A stretch of 64,000 bases of DNA from Balneolales bacterium (lineage in GTDB: Bacteria > Bacteroidota > Rhodothermia > Balneolales > HLUCCA01), in assembly GCA_024711145.1 (NCBI GenBank), contig JANJTJ010000002.1:31593-95592 (forward strand), in the 5' to 3' direction. Below the pieces are notes generated by a model. That model saw nothing but the letters and a program-made list of their open reading frames with translations. It was not told where the DNA came from and made no database searches. Both the position numbers and the translations under genes were made by a program. Shown here piece by piece: positions 36,890 to 44,808 of the stretch (positions are counted from its first letter, which is position 1; every line of letters starts with the position of its first letter).

Positions 36890-36897
36890 TATATTCG
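36890..36897 (+). promoter_or_regulatory. -7-like box (TATATTCG) for the sigma factor gene
   Basis: One mismatch to TAnnTTTG. It ends 6 nt before the ATG at 36904. Confidence 0.35.
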
Positions 36898-36903
36898 AAC
36901 ACC

Positions 36904-37545
36904 ATGAGTCAGGACAACGCGGATACGCCCGCAAGTGAACAAACGCCGCCCGTAAGCACGCCTTCGGCCAGCAGCAAGGAAGATCTCCGGTATGTGAACA
37001 AGGCGCTGAACGGCGATCAGTCGGCGTTCGCCTTCTTGTTGAACAAATACCGTAACCCCTTGTATTTCCACATCTTGCGCATGGTACATTACCGCGATAT
37101 GGTGGAAGATCTGTTGCAGGAAGTGTTCGTGAAGGCCTTCGACAACATCCATACCTACAATTCGCAGTACGCCTTTTCGACCTGGCTGTACCGGATCGCG
37201 ACGAACCATACGATCGATCATCTGCGCAAAAAAAAGTTGCGGACCTACTCGATCGACGAGCCCGTCCAGACCCGCGACGGCGAGATGCGGATCGAAGTGG
37301 CCGACGAAGACGCCACCGCCGACGACACCATCCTGCTGCACCAACGCCGGAACATCATCAATGAGGCGGTGGAGCAATTGCCCCCCCGCTACAAGGAAGT
37401 GATCCAACTCCGGCACATGGAAGACAAGAGTTACCAGGAGATCGCCGACCTGCTCGGCCTGCCTCTGGGTACGGTGAAAGCCCACATCTTCCGTGCCCGC
37501 GAAATGCTCTACAAGATCCTGCGCGATCGGGAAGGCGCCTTCTAG
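36904..37545 (+). CDS. ECF-type RNA polymerase sigma-70 family factor
   Basis: Region 2 (FSTWLYRIATNHTIDHLRKK) and region 4 (YQEIADLLGLPLGTVKAHIFRARE) are both present. Confidence 0.88.
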   Translation: MSQDNADTPASEQTPPVSTPSASSKEDLRYVNKALNGDQSAFAFLLNKYRNPLYFHILRMVHYRDMVEDLLQEVFVKAFDNIHTYNSQYAFSTWLYRIATNHTIDHLRKKKLRTYSIDEPVQTRDGEMRIEVADEDATADDTILLHQRRNIINEAVEQLPPRYKEVIQLRHMEDKSYQEIADLLGLPLGTVKAHIFRAREMLYKILRDREGAF

Positions 37546-38498
37546 GGCGTTTCCAGGTTCCGGAGCACGATCTCGGCATTTCGCTTGAGGCCGCCGAGCT
37601 TGGTGCGTTTCATGGCCGATCCCCGGAACACCTCCCGGTAGGTGGGCTCGTCGAGGCCGGCCCAGAATGCCGCATCGGCGGCGCGCAGCTCCGGCCGTGC
37701 CATCAACCGCGGTTCGGTTCCGGCTTTCGCTTTCCGGTTCCAAGGGCAAACGTCCTGGCAGATGTCGCATCCGTACATCCAGTTGCCCATCATCCGATGG
37801 TATTCGGCCGGTATGGCCTCGCGCAGTTCGATGGTCAGATAGCTGATGCATCGGGTGGCATCCACCACCTGGTCGGCTATGATGGCACCGGTAGGGCAGG
37901 CATCGATGCAGCGGGTACAGGTGCCGCAATGGTCTGTGGTGGGTGGGTCGGGCGAAAAGGCCGCATCCACGATCAATTCCCCGATGAAGAAGAAGGACCC
38001 CAGGTCCCGGTCCAGGAGGTTGCCGTTCTTGCCCTGCCATCCCAATCCGGAACGCCGGGCCCAGGCCTTGTCCATCACCGGAGCCGAATCGGTGAACCCG
38101 CGCCCCTCCACGGGTCCTACGGTCTCGCGGATGAAAGCCATCAGGGCTTCCAATTTGTCCCACATGACCCTGTGGTAGTCTTCGCCCTGGGCGTATTGCG
38201 ATACCCGCGGGCGGTCGGTAGCGGACCCGTCTTCGGCCCGGATATCGGGCTGGTTGTAGCTGAGAAGGACGGAGATGACGGTTTTGGCGCCGGGTACGAG
38301 CAAACGGGGGTCGGTCCGCAGGTCGAAATGCCCCTCCATCCAGCCCATGGTACCATGGCGGCCCTCGTTGAGCCAGCGTTCCAGGTGCCGGGCTTCGGGT
38401 TCCATGAAGGCGGCTTCGGCGAAAGCGCAGGCGTCGAAGCCGAGGGAGAGTGCCCGAAAACGGACGGATTCCTTGAGGATGTCGGGCAGGTGGTTCAC
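37542..38498 (-). CDS. queG: Epoxyqueuosine reductase
   Basis: CGTCTRCIDACPTGA and CDICQDVCPWN ferredoxin motifs within a QueG-length protein. The start is GTG. Confidence 0.88.
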   Translation of the reverse strand: MNHLPDILKESVRFRALSLGFDACAFAEAAFMEPEARHLERWLNEGRHGTMGWMEGHFDLRTDPRLLVPGAKTVISVLLSYNQPDIRAEDGSATDRPRVSQYAQGEDYHRVMWDKLEALMAFIRETVGPVEGRGFTDSAPVMDKAWARRSGLGWQGKNGNLLDRDLGSFFFIGELIVDAAFSPDPPTTDHCGTCTRCIDACPTGAIIADQVVDATRCISYLTIELREAIPAEYHRMMGNWMYGCDICQDVCPWNRKAKAGTEPRLMARPELRAADAAFWAGLDEPTYREVFRGSAMKRTKLGGLKRNAEIVLRNLETP

Positions 38499-38514
38499 AA
38501 GGCTGAATTTATCT

Positions 38515-38522
38515 TATCTTCG
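38515..38522 (+). promoter_or_regulatory. -7-like box (TATCTTCG) in front of the arg leader mini-ORF
   Basis: It lies in an AT-rich patch (GAATTTATCTTATCTTCG) and ends 4 nt before ATG 38527. Confidence 0.35.
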
Positions 38523-38526
38523 GCAC

Positions 38527-38610
38527 ATGCGTTTCGAAATCAGAGGCACCGCCGAGTCCCGACGAGTGAGGATGGCCAACCAGCCCTTCTCCGCGTCGCG
38601 CATGCCCTAG
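38527..38610 (+). promoter_or_regulatory. Putative Arg-rich leader peptide ORF (27 codons)
   Basis: MRFEIRGTAESRRVRMANQPFSASRMP*. Six Arg codons, four of them A/T-rich types (AGA, CGA, CGA, AGG). It sits between the -7-like box and a strong terminator, directly upstream of argG. Confidence 0.45.
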
Positions 38611-38643
38611 ATTCCGGAACGACCCTCGTTACCGAGCCTGAAA

Positions 38644-38676
38644 GGCGGCATCCACGCGGATGCCGCCTTTTTTTTT
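38644..38676 (+). terminator. Strong intrinsic terminator (candidate attenuator) 21 nt upstream of argG
   Basis: GGCGGCATCC-ACGC-GGATGCCGCC followed by T9. There is no plus-strand gene upstream that it could terminate, because queG is divergent. Confidence 0.8.
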
Positions 38677-38697
38677 GCCCACAACCGAATCCGCATC

Positions 38698-39894
38698 ATG
38701 TCTTCACCGGTCATCCTCGCCTACAGCGGGGGCCTCGATACCAGCTTCTGCATACCCTACCTGAAGGAAACCCTCGGCGCGGAGATCCACGCCGTAAGCG
38801 TGGACTGCGTGGGGCTGGATGCACCTGCCCGGGCGGCTCTCGAAGCCAAAGCCCGCCACTTCGGCGCCGACACGGCCCTCGTTCTGGACGGCACCCAAGC
38901 CCTCTACACCGATGTGTTGCGTTGGCTCATCCGGGGCGATGTGCTCCGCGACCGCACCTACCCGTTATGCGTGGGTGCCGAGCGTTTCGTGCAGGCCGAC
39001 CGGGTGGCGGCGTATGCCAGACAGGTGGGCGCCACCCGCATCGCCCACGGCAGCACGGGCGCCGGCAACGACCAGGTCCGGTTCGATGTGGCCTTGCGGG
39101 CGTTGTTACCGGGTTGCGAGGTGATCACGCCCATCCGCGACATGGGGCTCAGCCGCAGCCATACCACGGCCTGGTTGCGGGAACGCGGCTTCGAGGTGAG
39201 CGATTCCACCACCCGCTATTCCATCAACGACGGCATCTGGGGCACCACCATCGGCGGTGCGGAGACCACCCGGCCCGACACGGCGCTGCCGTTCGAGGCC
39301 TTCCCGCACCTGCAGGATCCGGCCTCCTTCACCCGGACACCCCAGGAAATCGTCATCGGTTTCGAGGCCGGGCTTCCGGTTTCGCTCGATGGCCAGGCCC
39401 TGCCTCCGCTTCCGTTGCTCGCCGCCCTGCGCGACCTGGGCCGGGAGCACGGCATCGGCCGGGGCATGCACCTGGGCGACACCATCCTCGGCATCAAAGG
39501 CCGCATCGGGTTCGAGGCTCCCGTGGCCACCATCCTGTTGGCGGCCCACCGCGAACTGGAGAAACTCACCCTCACCAAAGCCCAACGCCTGATCAAGGAC
39601 CAGTTGGGCGATACCTACGGCCTGATGCTGCACGAAGGCCAGTTCTATGATCCGGCCATGCGCGACATCGAGGCCTTCCTCGAGGCCAACCAACAGCCCG
39701 TAACCGGCTCCGTGACCCTGTACCTCGGCTACGGCCAATGCCTCCCACGGGCCGCATCATCCCCATACGGCCTCATGAACAGTGCCATAGCCACCTATGG
39801 CGAAGAAGCGGCCGGCTGGACCGGCGCCGAAGCCCGCGCGTTCTGCAAACTCGTCGGCATGTCCACCCAGATCGCCTTGTCCGTCCGTCCATGA
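38698..39894 (+). CDS. argG: Argininosuccinate synthase
   Basis: AYSGGLDTS, HGSTGAGNDQVRF and the rest of the sequence are canonical ArgG. Confidence 0.95.
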   Translation: MSSPVILAYSGGLDTSFCIPYLKETLGAEIHAVSVDCVGLDAPARAALEAKARHFGADTALVLDGTQALYTDVLRWLIRGDVLRDRTYPLCVGAERFVQADRVAAYARQVGATRIAHGSTGAGNDQVRFDVALRALLPGCEVITPIRDMGLSRSHTTAWLRERGFEVSDSTTRYSINDGIWGTTIGGAETTRPDTALPFEAFPHLQDPASFTRTPQEIVIGFEAGLPVSLDGQALPPLPLLAALRDLGREHGIGRGMHLGDTILGIKGRIGFEAPVATILLAAHRELEKLTLTKAQRLIKDQLGDTYGLMLHEGQFYDPAMRDIEAFLEANQQPVTGSVTLYLGYGQCLPRAASSPYGLMNSAIATYGEEAAGWTGAEARAFCKLVGMSTQIALSVRP

Positions 39895-40934
39895 CCATCG
39901 CATACGAAACCATCCAAGCCGACATCCTGGCTTCCACCAGTGCCGCCGTCAAACTCGGCCACCGGCTCACGCTCGCCAAAACCGTGGTGGCCCAGGAGGG
40001 CTACCTGGTGGCGGTTCGCACCCTGGACGACAAAGACACCTACAACAAGCTGGAAACCGTTACCGGCGATTTCGTGACCTACGGGCGCGACCAGTTGGTG
40101 GTGGGTGCCCTGGGCGAACGCCAGGCCCTGCGCGGGTACAGCGGAGTCATTCCCAGATCCGTGAAAGTGGGCGACATCCTGCACATCCTCAACATGGGCG
40201 GCATCATAGGTTCTTGCCAATCGCCGCACCCCGATTTCGGGCCGGCCATGCGCGTGGAAGTGCTCGGTGCCGTGATGGTCGAAGACGACGGGCACTGGAA
40301 ACACGCCTGCATCCAGGACCACGCCATCGACTGGATCTACGAACTGGGCGAAACCGTGCCGCTCATCGGCGTTACGGGTACGGCCATGAACGTGGGCAAA
40401 ACCATGGCCGCCAGCCAGATCGTGCGGCATTTGGCGGCGGCCGGCCACAAAGTGGGTGCCGTAAAGCTGACCGGTGCCAGCCTCATGCGCGACGTACGTT
40501 CCATGATGGACCAGGGGGCGGCCTTCTGCACGCATTTCTCCGAAGCCGGCCTGGTATCCACCACGGGCAAGAACATCCTGCCCATGGCCAAGGGGCTCAT
40601 CCATCATCTGAACGAGCAGCAACCGGACGTGATCGTCATGGAGTTCGGCGACGGCATCATCGGCCCGTACGGGGTAGACAGCCTGCTCATGGACAAGGAG
40701 ATCCAGCGGAACATCACCTGCCATGTGGTGGCCGCCCAGGATTTCATGGGATGTTGGGCCGCCGACAACTTCTTCCGGAAACGCTACAACCGGGGTATCG
40801 ATGTCATAACGGGTCCTGTGACCGACAATCTGGTAGGTATCCAATTCATCCAGAACACCATGGGTATCCGAGCGGTGAATGCCGTGGCCGAGCCCGAAAA
40901 ATTGGGCCAATGGGTTCGGGAGATCGCCCTATGA
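39891..40934 (+). CDS. Uncharacterised two-domain protein with a BioD/CobQ-like P-loop (347 aa), embedded in the arg operon
   Basis: ATGA overlaps with the argG stop and the argC start. It carries LIGVTGTAMNVGKTMAAS (GTxxxVGKT, as in dethiobiotin-synthetase-type P-loops) and a possible Walker-B-like VIVMEFGDG. I do not recognise the N-terminal ~150 aa. Confidence 0.6.
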   Translation: MTIAYETIQADILASTSAAVKLGHRLTLAKTVVAQEGYLVAVRTLDDKDTYNKLETVTGDFVTYGRDQLVVGALGERQALRGYSGVIPRSVKVGDILHILNMGGIIGSCQSPHPDFGPAMRVEVLGAVMVEDDGHWKHACIQDHAIDWIYELGETVPLIGVTGTAMNVGKTMAASQIVRHLAAAGHKVGAVKLTGASLMRDVRSMMDQGAAFCTHFSEAGLVSTTGKNILPMAKGLIHHLNEQQPDVIVMEFGDGIIGPYGVDSLLMDKEIQRNITCHVVAAQDFMGCWAADNFFRKRYNRGIDVITGPVTDNLVGIQFIQNTMGIRAVNAVAEPEKLGQWVREIAL

Positions 40935-41905
40935 ACCGCATACCGGTCGCACTGGTTGGTGCCAGCGGGTACACGGGTGCCGAGCTCATCCGCTATCTGA
41001 TGGGGCATCCGGTGTTCGAATTGACGGAATTCTATGGGGATTCCTCCGCCGGCAAACGCATCGGTCAGGTGCATCCGGCTTTCGATGGCTATGTGGATGC
41101 GGAGATCCGGCCCATGGCTGCGATAGGGACCACCCATGCGGAAACCGTGATCCTGGCCCTGCCGCACGGGAAAAGTGCGGCCGTGGTGGATGGCCTGCTG
41201 CAGGCCGGATACGCCGGCAAAGTGGTGGATCTGGGCAACGATTTCCGTCCACCCAACGAGGCGCCCGCACCTTTCGCGTACGGATTGACCGAATGGATGG
41301 GGGTAGCATGGGAAGAGGTGCGGTTTCTGGCCAATCCGGGTTGTTTCGCCACGGCCCTGCAGTTGGTGATGCTGCCCATGCTGAAAGCCGGCTACCGGGG
41401 CCGGTTCCATGCCACCCTGATCACCGGGTCCAGCGGGTCGGGCGCCACGCCGAGCGCAACCACCCATTATTCGAGCCGGTTCGGCAACCTGAATGCCTAC
41501 AAGGTGTTCGGACACCAGCACGAGGCGGAGGTGGCGGCCCACTGTGCCACCATGGCGGGCAGGGTGCCGGACCTGAGTTTCGTGCCCGTTTCGGGACCGT
41601 TCGTGCGGGGGATATGGGGCACGCTATTGCTGGATGCGGGTGCCCCGGATCCGGCGCGGGTGTTCGCCGAGGCGTACGCCCGGGCACCGCTGGTACGCCT
41701 GCGCGACCGCCTGCCCGAGCTCAAGCCCGTGGTGGGCACGGCCTTCGCCGACCTGGGCTGGGTGCGCCAAGGCGACCATACCGTGGTCGGCGTGGCCATC
41801 GACAACCTGGGCAAAGGGGCGGCCGGTCAGGCCGTCCAGAACCTGAACCGCATGTACGGCCTGGCAGAGACCACCGGCTTGCTCATACCACCCATCATCC
41901 TATGA
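40931..41905 (+). CDS. argC: N-acyl-gamma-glutamyl-phosphate reductase
   Basis: VALVGASGYTGAELIR, the active-site region ANPGCFATA and the C-terminal DNLGKGAAGQAVQNLN. Confidence 0.93.
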   Translation: MNRIPVALVGASGYTGAELIRYLMGHPVFELTEFYGDSSAGKRIGQVHPAFDGYVDAEIRPMAAIGTTHAETVILALPHGKSAAVVDGLLQAGYAGKVVDLGNDFRPPNEAPAPFAYGLTEWMGVAWEEVRFLANPGCFATALQLVMLPMLKAGYRGRFHATLITGSSGSGATPSATTHYSSRFGNLNAYKVFGHQHEAEVAAHCATMAGRVPDLSFVPVSGPFVRGIWGTLLLDAGAPDPARVFAEAYARAPLVRLRDRLPELKPVVGTAFADLGWVRQGDHTVVGVAIDNLGKGAAGQAVQNLNRMYGLAETTGLLIPPIIL

Positions 41906-43059
41906 CCGCCGCCGACTGCATCGCCACGGAAGACCGTTACGAAGCGGCCACTTATGCCCGCTGGCCCGTCGTGTTCGAACGGGGAGAGGGCATCCATCTC
42001 TTCGATACCGCCGGCAAACGGTACGTGGACCTCTACGGCGGGCACTGCGTGGCCTGCCTGGGGCATTCCCCCCAGCACGTGGTGGCCGCCATCCACCGGC
42101 AGGCCACCGAACTGCCCTTCTATTCGAACCTGATGTACCACCCGTCGCGGGCCCGGGCGGCCCGGAAACTGGTGGAGATGGCCGACGGGTTCGACCGGGT
42201 GTTCTTCTGCAATTCGGGTACCGAAGCCAACGAGAACGCTATCAAACTGGCCTTCAAGGCCACGGGCAAAACCCGCATGGTCTCCACGGTGGGCGGGTGG
42301 CACGGCCGTACGCTGGCCTCTCTCAGCGTGACCCATACCTGGAAGCTGCGCGAACCGGTGGCGTTCGCGCTACCGGAAGTGGATTTCGTGCCCTTCGGCG
42401 ATGCCGACGCCTTGGAGCGACTCTTCGTGGAACGCGACGACATCGCCGGATTCATCCTGGAACCCATACAGAGCATATCGGGCATGGTGATGGCCGATGC
42501 GGCCTATTACCGCCGCATCCGGCAGATCTGCGACCGGCACGGCGTGATCCTCATTTTCGATGAGATCCAGACCGGGGTGGGCCGCACCGGAACCTTCACT
42601 TTCGGGGAAGGTGTGGGCATGCGACCCGACCTGGTGACCCTGGCCAAGAGTCTGGGATCCGGGTTTCCCATCGGTGCCGTGCTCATGCCCGAACGGATTG
42701 CCGGGCTGTTGAAGAACGGCGACCTGGGGTCCACCTTCGCCGGTGGCATGATGGCCATGGCCGCCTGCGAAGCCACCCTGGATGCGATTGCCGACCAAGG
42801 GCTCATGCATCATGTGGCAGTATTGGAAGAGGAGATGCGCAAGGCACTGGCCGGCAGTGGGTTGGATGTGCTCGGCAAGGGCGCGTTATTGGGTGTGGCG
42901 CTGCCCGTGGCCGCCGCTCCCGTGGTCAAAGCCCTCTTCGCCGAAGGATGGATAACCGGCACGTCCGACCATCCGAACGTCATCCGGCTCATGCCACCCT
43001 ACATCACCCCATCCGGCGTGCTGACCGAGTTCGCCCAAGTCCTCCGACATCATGTCTGA
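41902..43059 (+). CDS. argD: N-acyl-ornithine aminotransferase (class III PLP)
   Basis: NSGTEANENAIKLA, FDEIQTGVGRTG and LAKSLGSGFPIGA (the PLP lysine region). Confidence 0.9.
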   Translation: MTAADCIATEDRYEAATYARWPVVFERGEGIHLFDTAGKRYVDLYGGHCVACLGHSPQHVVAAIHRQATELPFYSNLMYHPSRARAARKLVEMADGFDRVFFCNSGTEANENAIKLAFKATGKTRMVSTVGGWHGRTLASLSVTHTWKLREPVAFALPEVDFVPFGDADALERLFVERDDIAGFILEPIQSISGMVMADAAYYRRIRQICDRHGVILIFDEIQTGVGRTGTFTFGEGVGMRPDLVTLAKSLGSGFPIGAVLMPERIAGLLKNGDLGSTFAGGMMAMAACEATLDAIADQGLMHHVAVLEEEMRKALAGSGLDVLGKGALLGVALPVAAAPVVKALFAEGWITGTSDHPNVIRLMPPYITPSGVLTEFAQVLRHHV

Positions 43060-44047
43060 AGTGCGTCATTTCCTGCATCTGCGCGATTGGTCCGATGCCG
43101 AACTGCATGGGTTGCTCGATCTGGCCGCCCGACTCAAAACCGAGGGTCACAGGTCCCGCGAGGCGGCGGGCAAGGTGTTGGGCCTGCTTTTCTTCAACCC
43201 GTCCCTGCGTACCAAAGTCTCCTTCGAAACCGCCGCGGCGCACCTGGGAGCGGCCAGCAGCCTCATTTCGCCAGGGCAGGGGAGTTGGTCTCTGGAGACC
43301 GGAGACGGGGTGGTGATGGATGGAAACAAGACCGAACATGTGAAGGAGGCCATCCAGGTGCTCTCGCGGTATGTGGATACCCTGGGTGTTCGGGCGTTCG
43401 AGGCGGACGATGCCGAATTGGCCCGCATGGCTTCCTATGCTGCGGTGCCCTTGATCAACCTGGAGAGTGCCACGGAGCATCCCTGCCAGGGGCTGGCCGA
43501 CTGGCTCACCCTGCGCGAGCTCTTCGGTCCCAAGCCGGCGGGCAAGACCTTCGTGCTGAGCTGGGCGCCGCATCCGGTGCGGTTGCCGGTTGCCGTACCG
43601 AACACCGCCCTCGAAGTGGCCAGCCGTAGCGGTATGGATGTCCGGGTGGTGTGTCCGCCGGAATACGTGCCGGATGCGCCCCGTCTGGAAGCCGCCGCCG
43701 CAGCCTGTGCCCGCCATGGCAGCCGGTTCGACCTCGTGCACGACCAAGCCACCGGATTCGAAGGCGCGCATGTGGTCTATGCCAAGAGTTGGGGGGCGCC
43801 GGCTTTGGCTGCCGAACCCGAACGGGAACAGGCCCTGCGTTGGGAAACCTATAGGAATTGGACCGTGTCGCCCGAGCTCATGGCACGCACAGACCAGGCC
43901 GCCTTCATGCATTGCCTGCCGGTTCGGCGGAATGTGGTGGTGGCCGACGCCGTGCTCGACTCACCCGCGGCGGTTCACATCCGCCAGGCCGAGAACCGCA
44001 TGCATGTGCAAAAAGCCCTGTTGATGCAGCTATGGCATCTGTCCTGA
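43052..44047 (+). CDS. argF': N-acyl-L-ornithine carbamoyltransferase (AOTCase/SOTCase type)
   Basis: FFNPSLRTKVSFE replaces the S-T-R-T-R motif of OTCases. HPCQGLAD and HCLPVRRN are also present, a pattern I associate with the acetyl/succinyl-ornithine transcarbamylase family. Confidence 0.75.
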   Translation: MSEVRHFLHLRDWSDAELHGLLDLAARLKTEGHRSREAAGKVLGLLFFNPSLRTKVSFETAAAHLGAASSLISPGQGSWSLETGDGVVMDGNKTEHVKEAIQVLSRYVDTLGVRAFEADDAELARMASYAAVPLINLESATEHPCQGLADWLTLRELFGPKPAGKTFVLSWAPHPVRLPVAVPNTALEVASRSGMDVRVVCPPEYVPDAPRLEAAAAACARHGSRFDLVHDQATGFEGAHVVYAKSWGAPALAAEPEREQALRWETYRNWTVSPELMARTDQAAFMHCLPVRRNVVVADAVLDSPAAVHIRQAENRMHVQKALLMQLWHLS

Positions 44048-44808
44048 TCAAACTGAGCGGTGCGCTCACCGACGACCCGGCCGCATTGACCGCGGTGGCC
44101 GACGCCGTGCGCAGCTACCGGGAGGCCGGCATGGGAACGGTGCTGGTACACGGTGGCGGCAAGCAGATGAACGAATGGAGCGCACGGATGGGCCTGCCGG
44201 TGAAGCAGGTGGCGGGTAGGCGCATCACCGACGCGCCCACGCGCGACCTGTTGGCGGCCGTATTGGGCATGCTCAACGCCGGGCTGGTATCCGGGCTCCG
44301 GCAGCGGGGCGTGTCGGCCATAGGCCTTACCGGTGCCGATGCGGACCTCACCACCGCCACCAGGCGGGCACCGCTGCACATCGACGGCGTGGAAACCGAT
44401 TTCGGACTGGTGGCCGAGTTGCGGCAGGTGGATGCGGCCGTCTTGCGGATGGCCTGGGCACACGGCCTCACGCCCGTGGTGGCCTGCATGGCATGGAACG
44501 CCGAACACGGCCTGCTGAACCTCAATGCCGACACCTTCGCCGAAAAACTGGCCCTTGCCTCGGGTGCGACCGAACTGGTGACCCTGATGGAACCGGTCGC
44601 CGTGCTCGACGCCGCCGGCAAGCCCTTGGCCGAACTGGACCGGCCGACCTTCGAAGCGGGAGTCCGGGCGGGTTGGATCACGGACGGGATGCGACCCAAG
44701 CTGGAGGCGGCATTCCGGGCGGTCTCGGGTGGTGTGGCCGGCGTTAGGCTCACCAGCGCCGCGGGGCTGCTGACCGGTGCCGGCACCCGGATCCGGGGGG
44801 CGTCGTGA
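44032..44808 (+). CDS. argB: N-acyl-glutamate kinase
   Basis: MASVLIKLSGAL..., VLVHGGG and NLNADTFA are amino-acid-kinase-fold motifs. Confidence 0.9.
   Translation: MASVLIKLSGALTDDPAALTAVADAVRSYREAGMGTVLVHGGGKQMNEWSARMGLPVKQVAGRRITDAPTRDLLAAVLGMLNAGLVSGLRQRGVSAIGLTGADADLTTATRRAPLHIDGVETDFGLVAELRQVDAAVLRMAWAHGLTPVVACMAWNAEHGLLNLNADTFAEKLALASGATELVTLMEPVAVLDAAGKPLAELDRPTFEAGVRAGWITDGMRPKLEAAFRAVSGGVAGVRLTSAAGLLTGAGTRIRGAS

Noticed and set aside
38504-38521. TGAATTTATCTTATCTTC upstream of the arg leader, considered as a possible ARG box (ArgR operator; the consensus half-sites are TGAAT/ATTCA).
   Set aside because: Only one TGAAT half-site is present and there is no palindromic partner. The AT-rich patch is better explained as the promoter -7 region.
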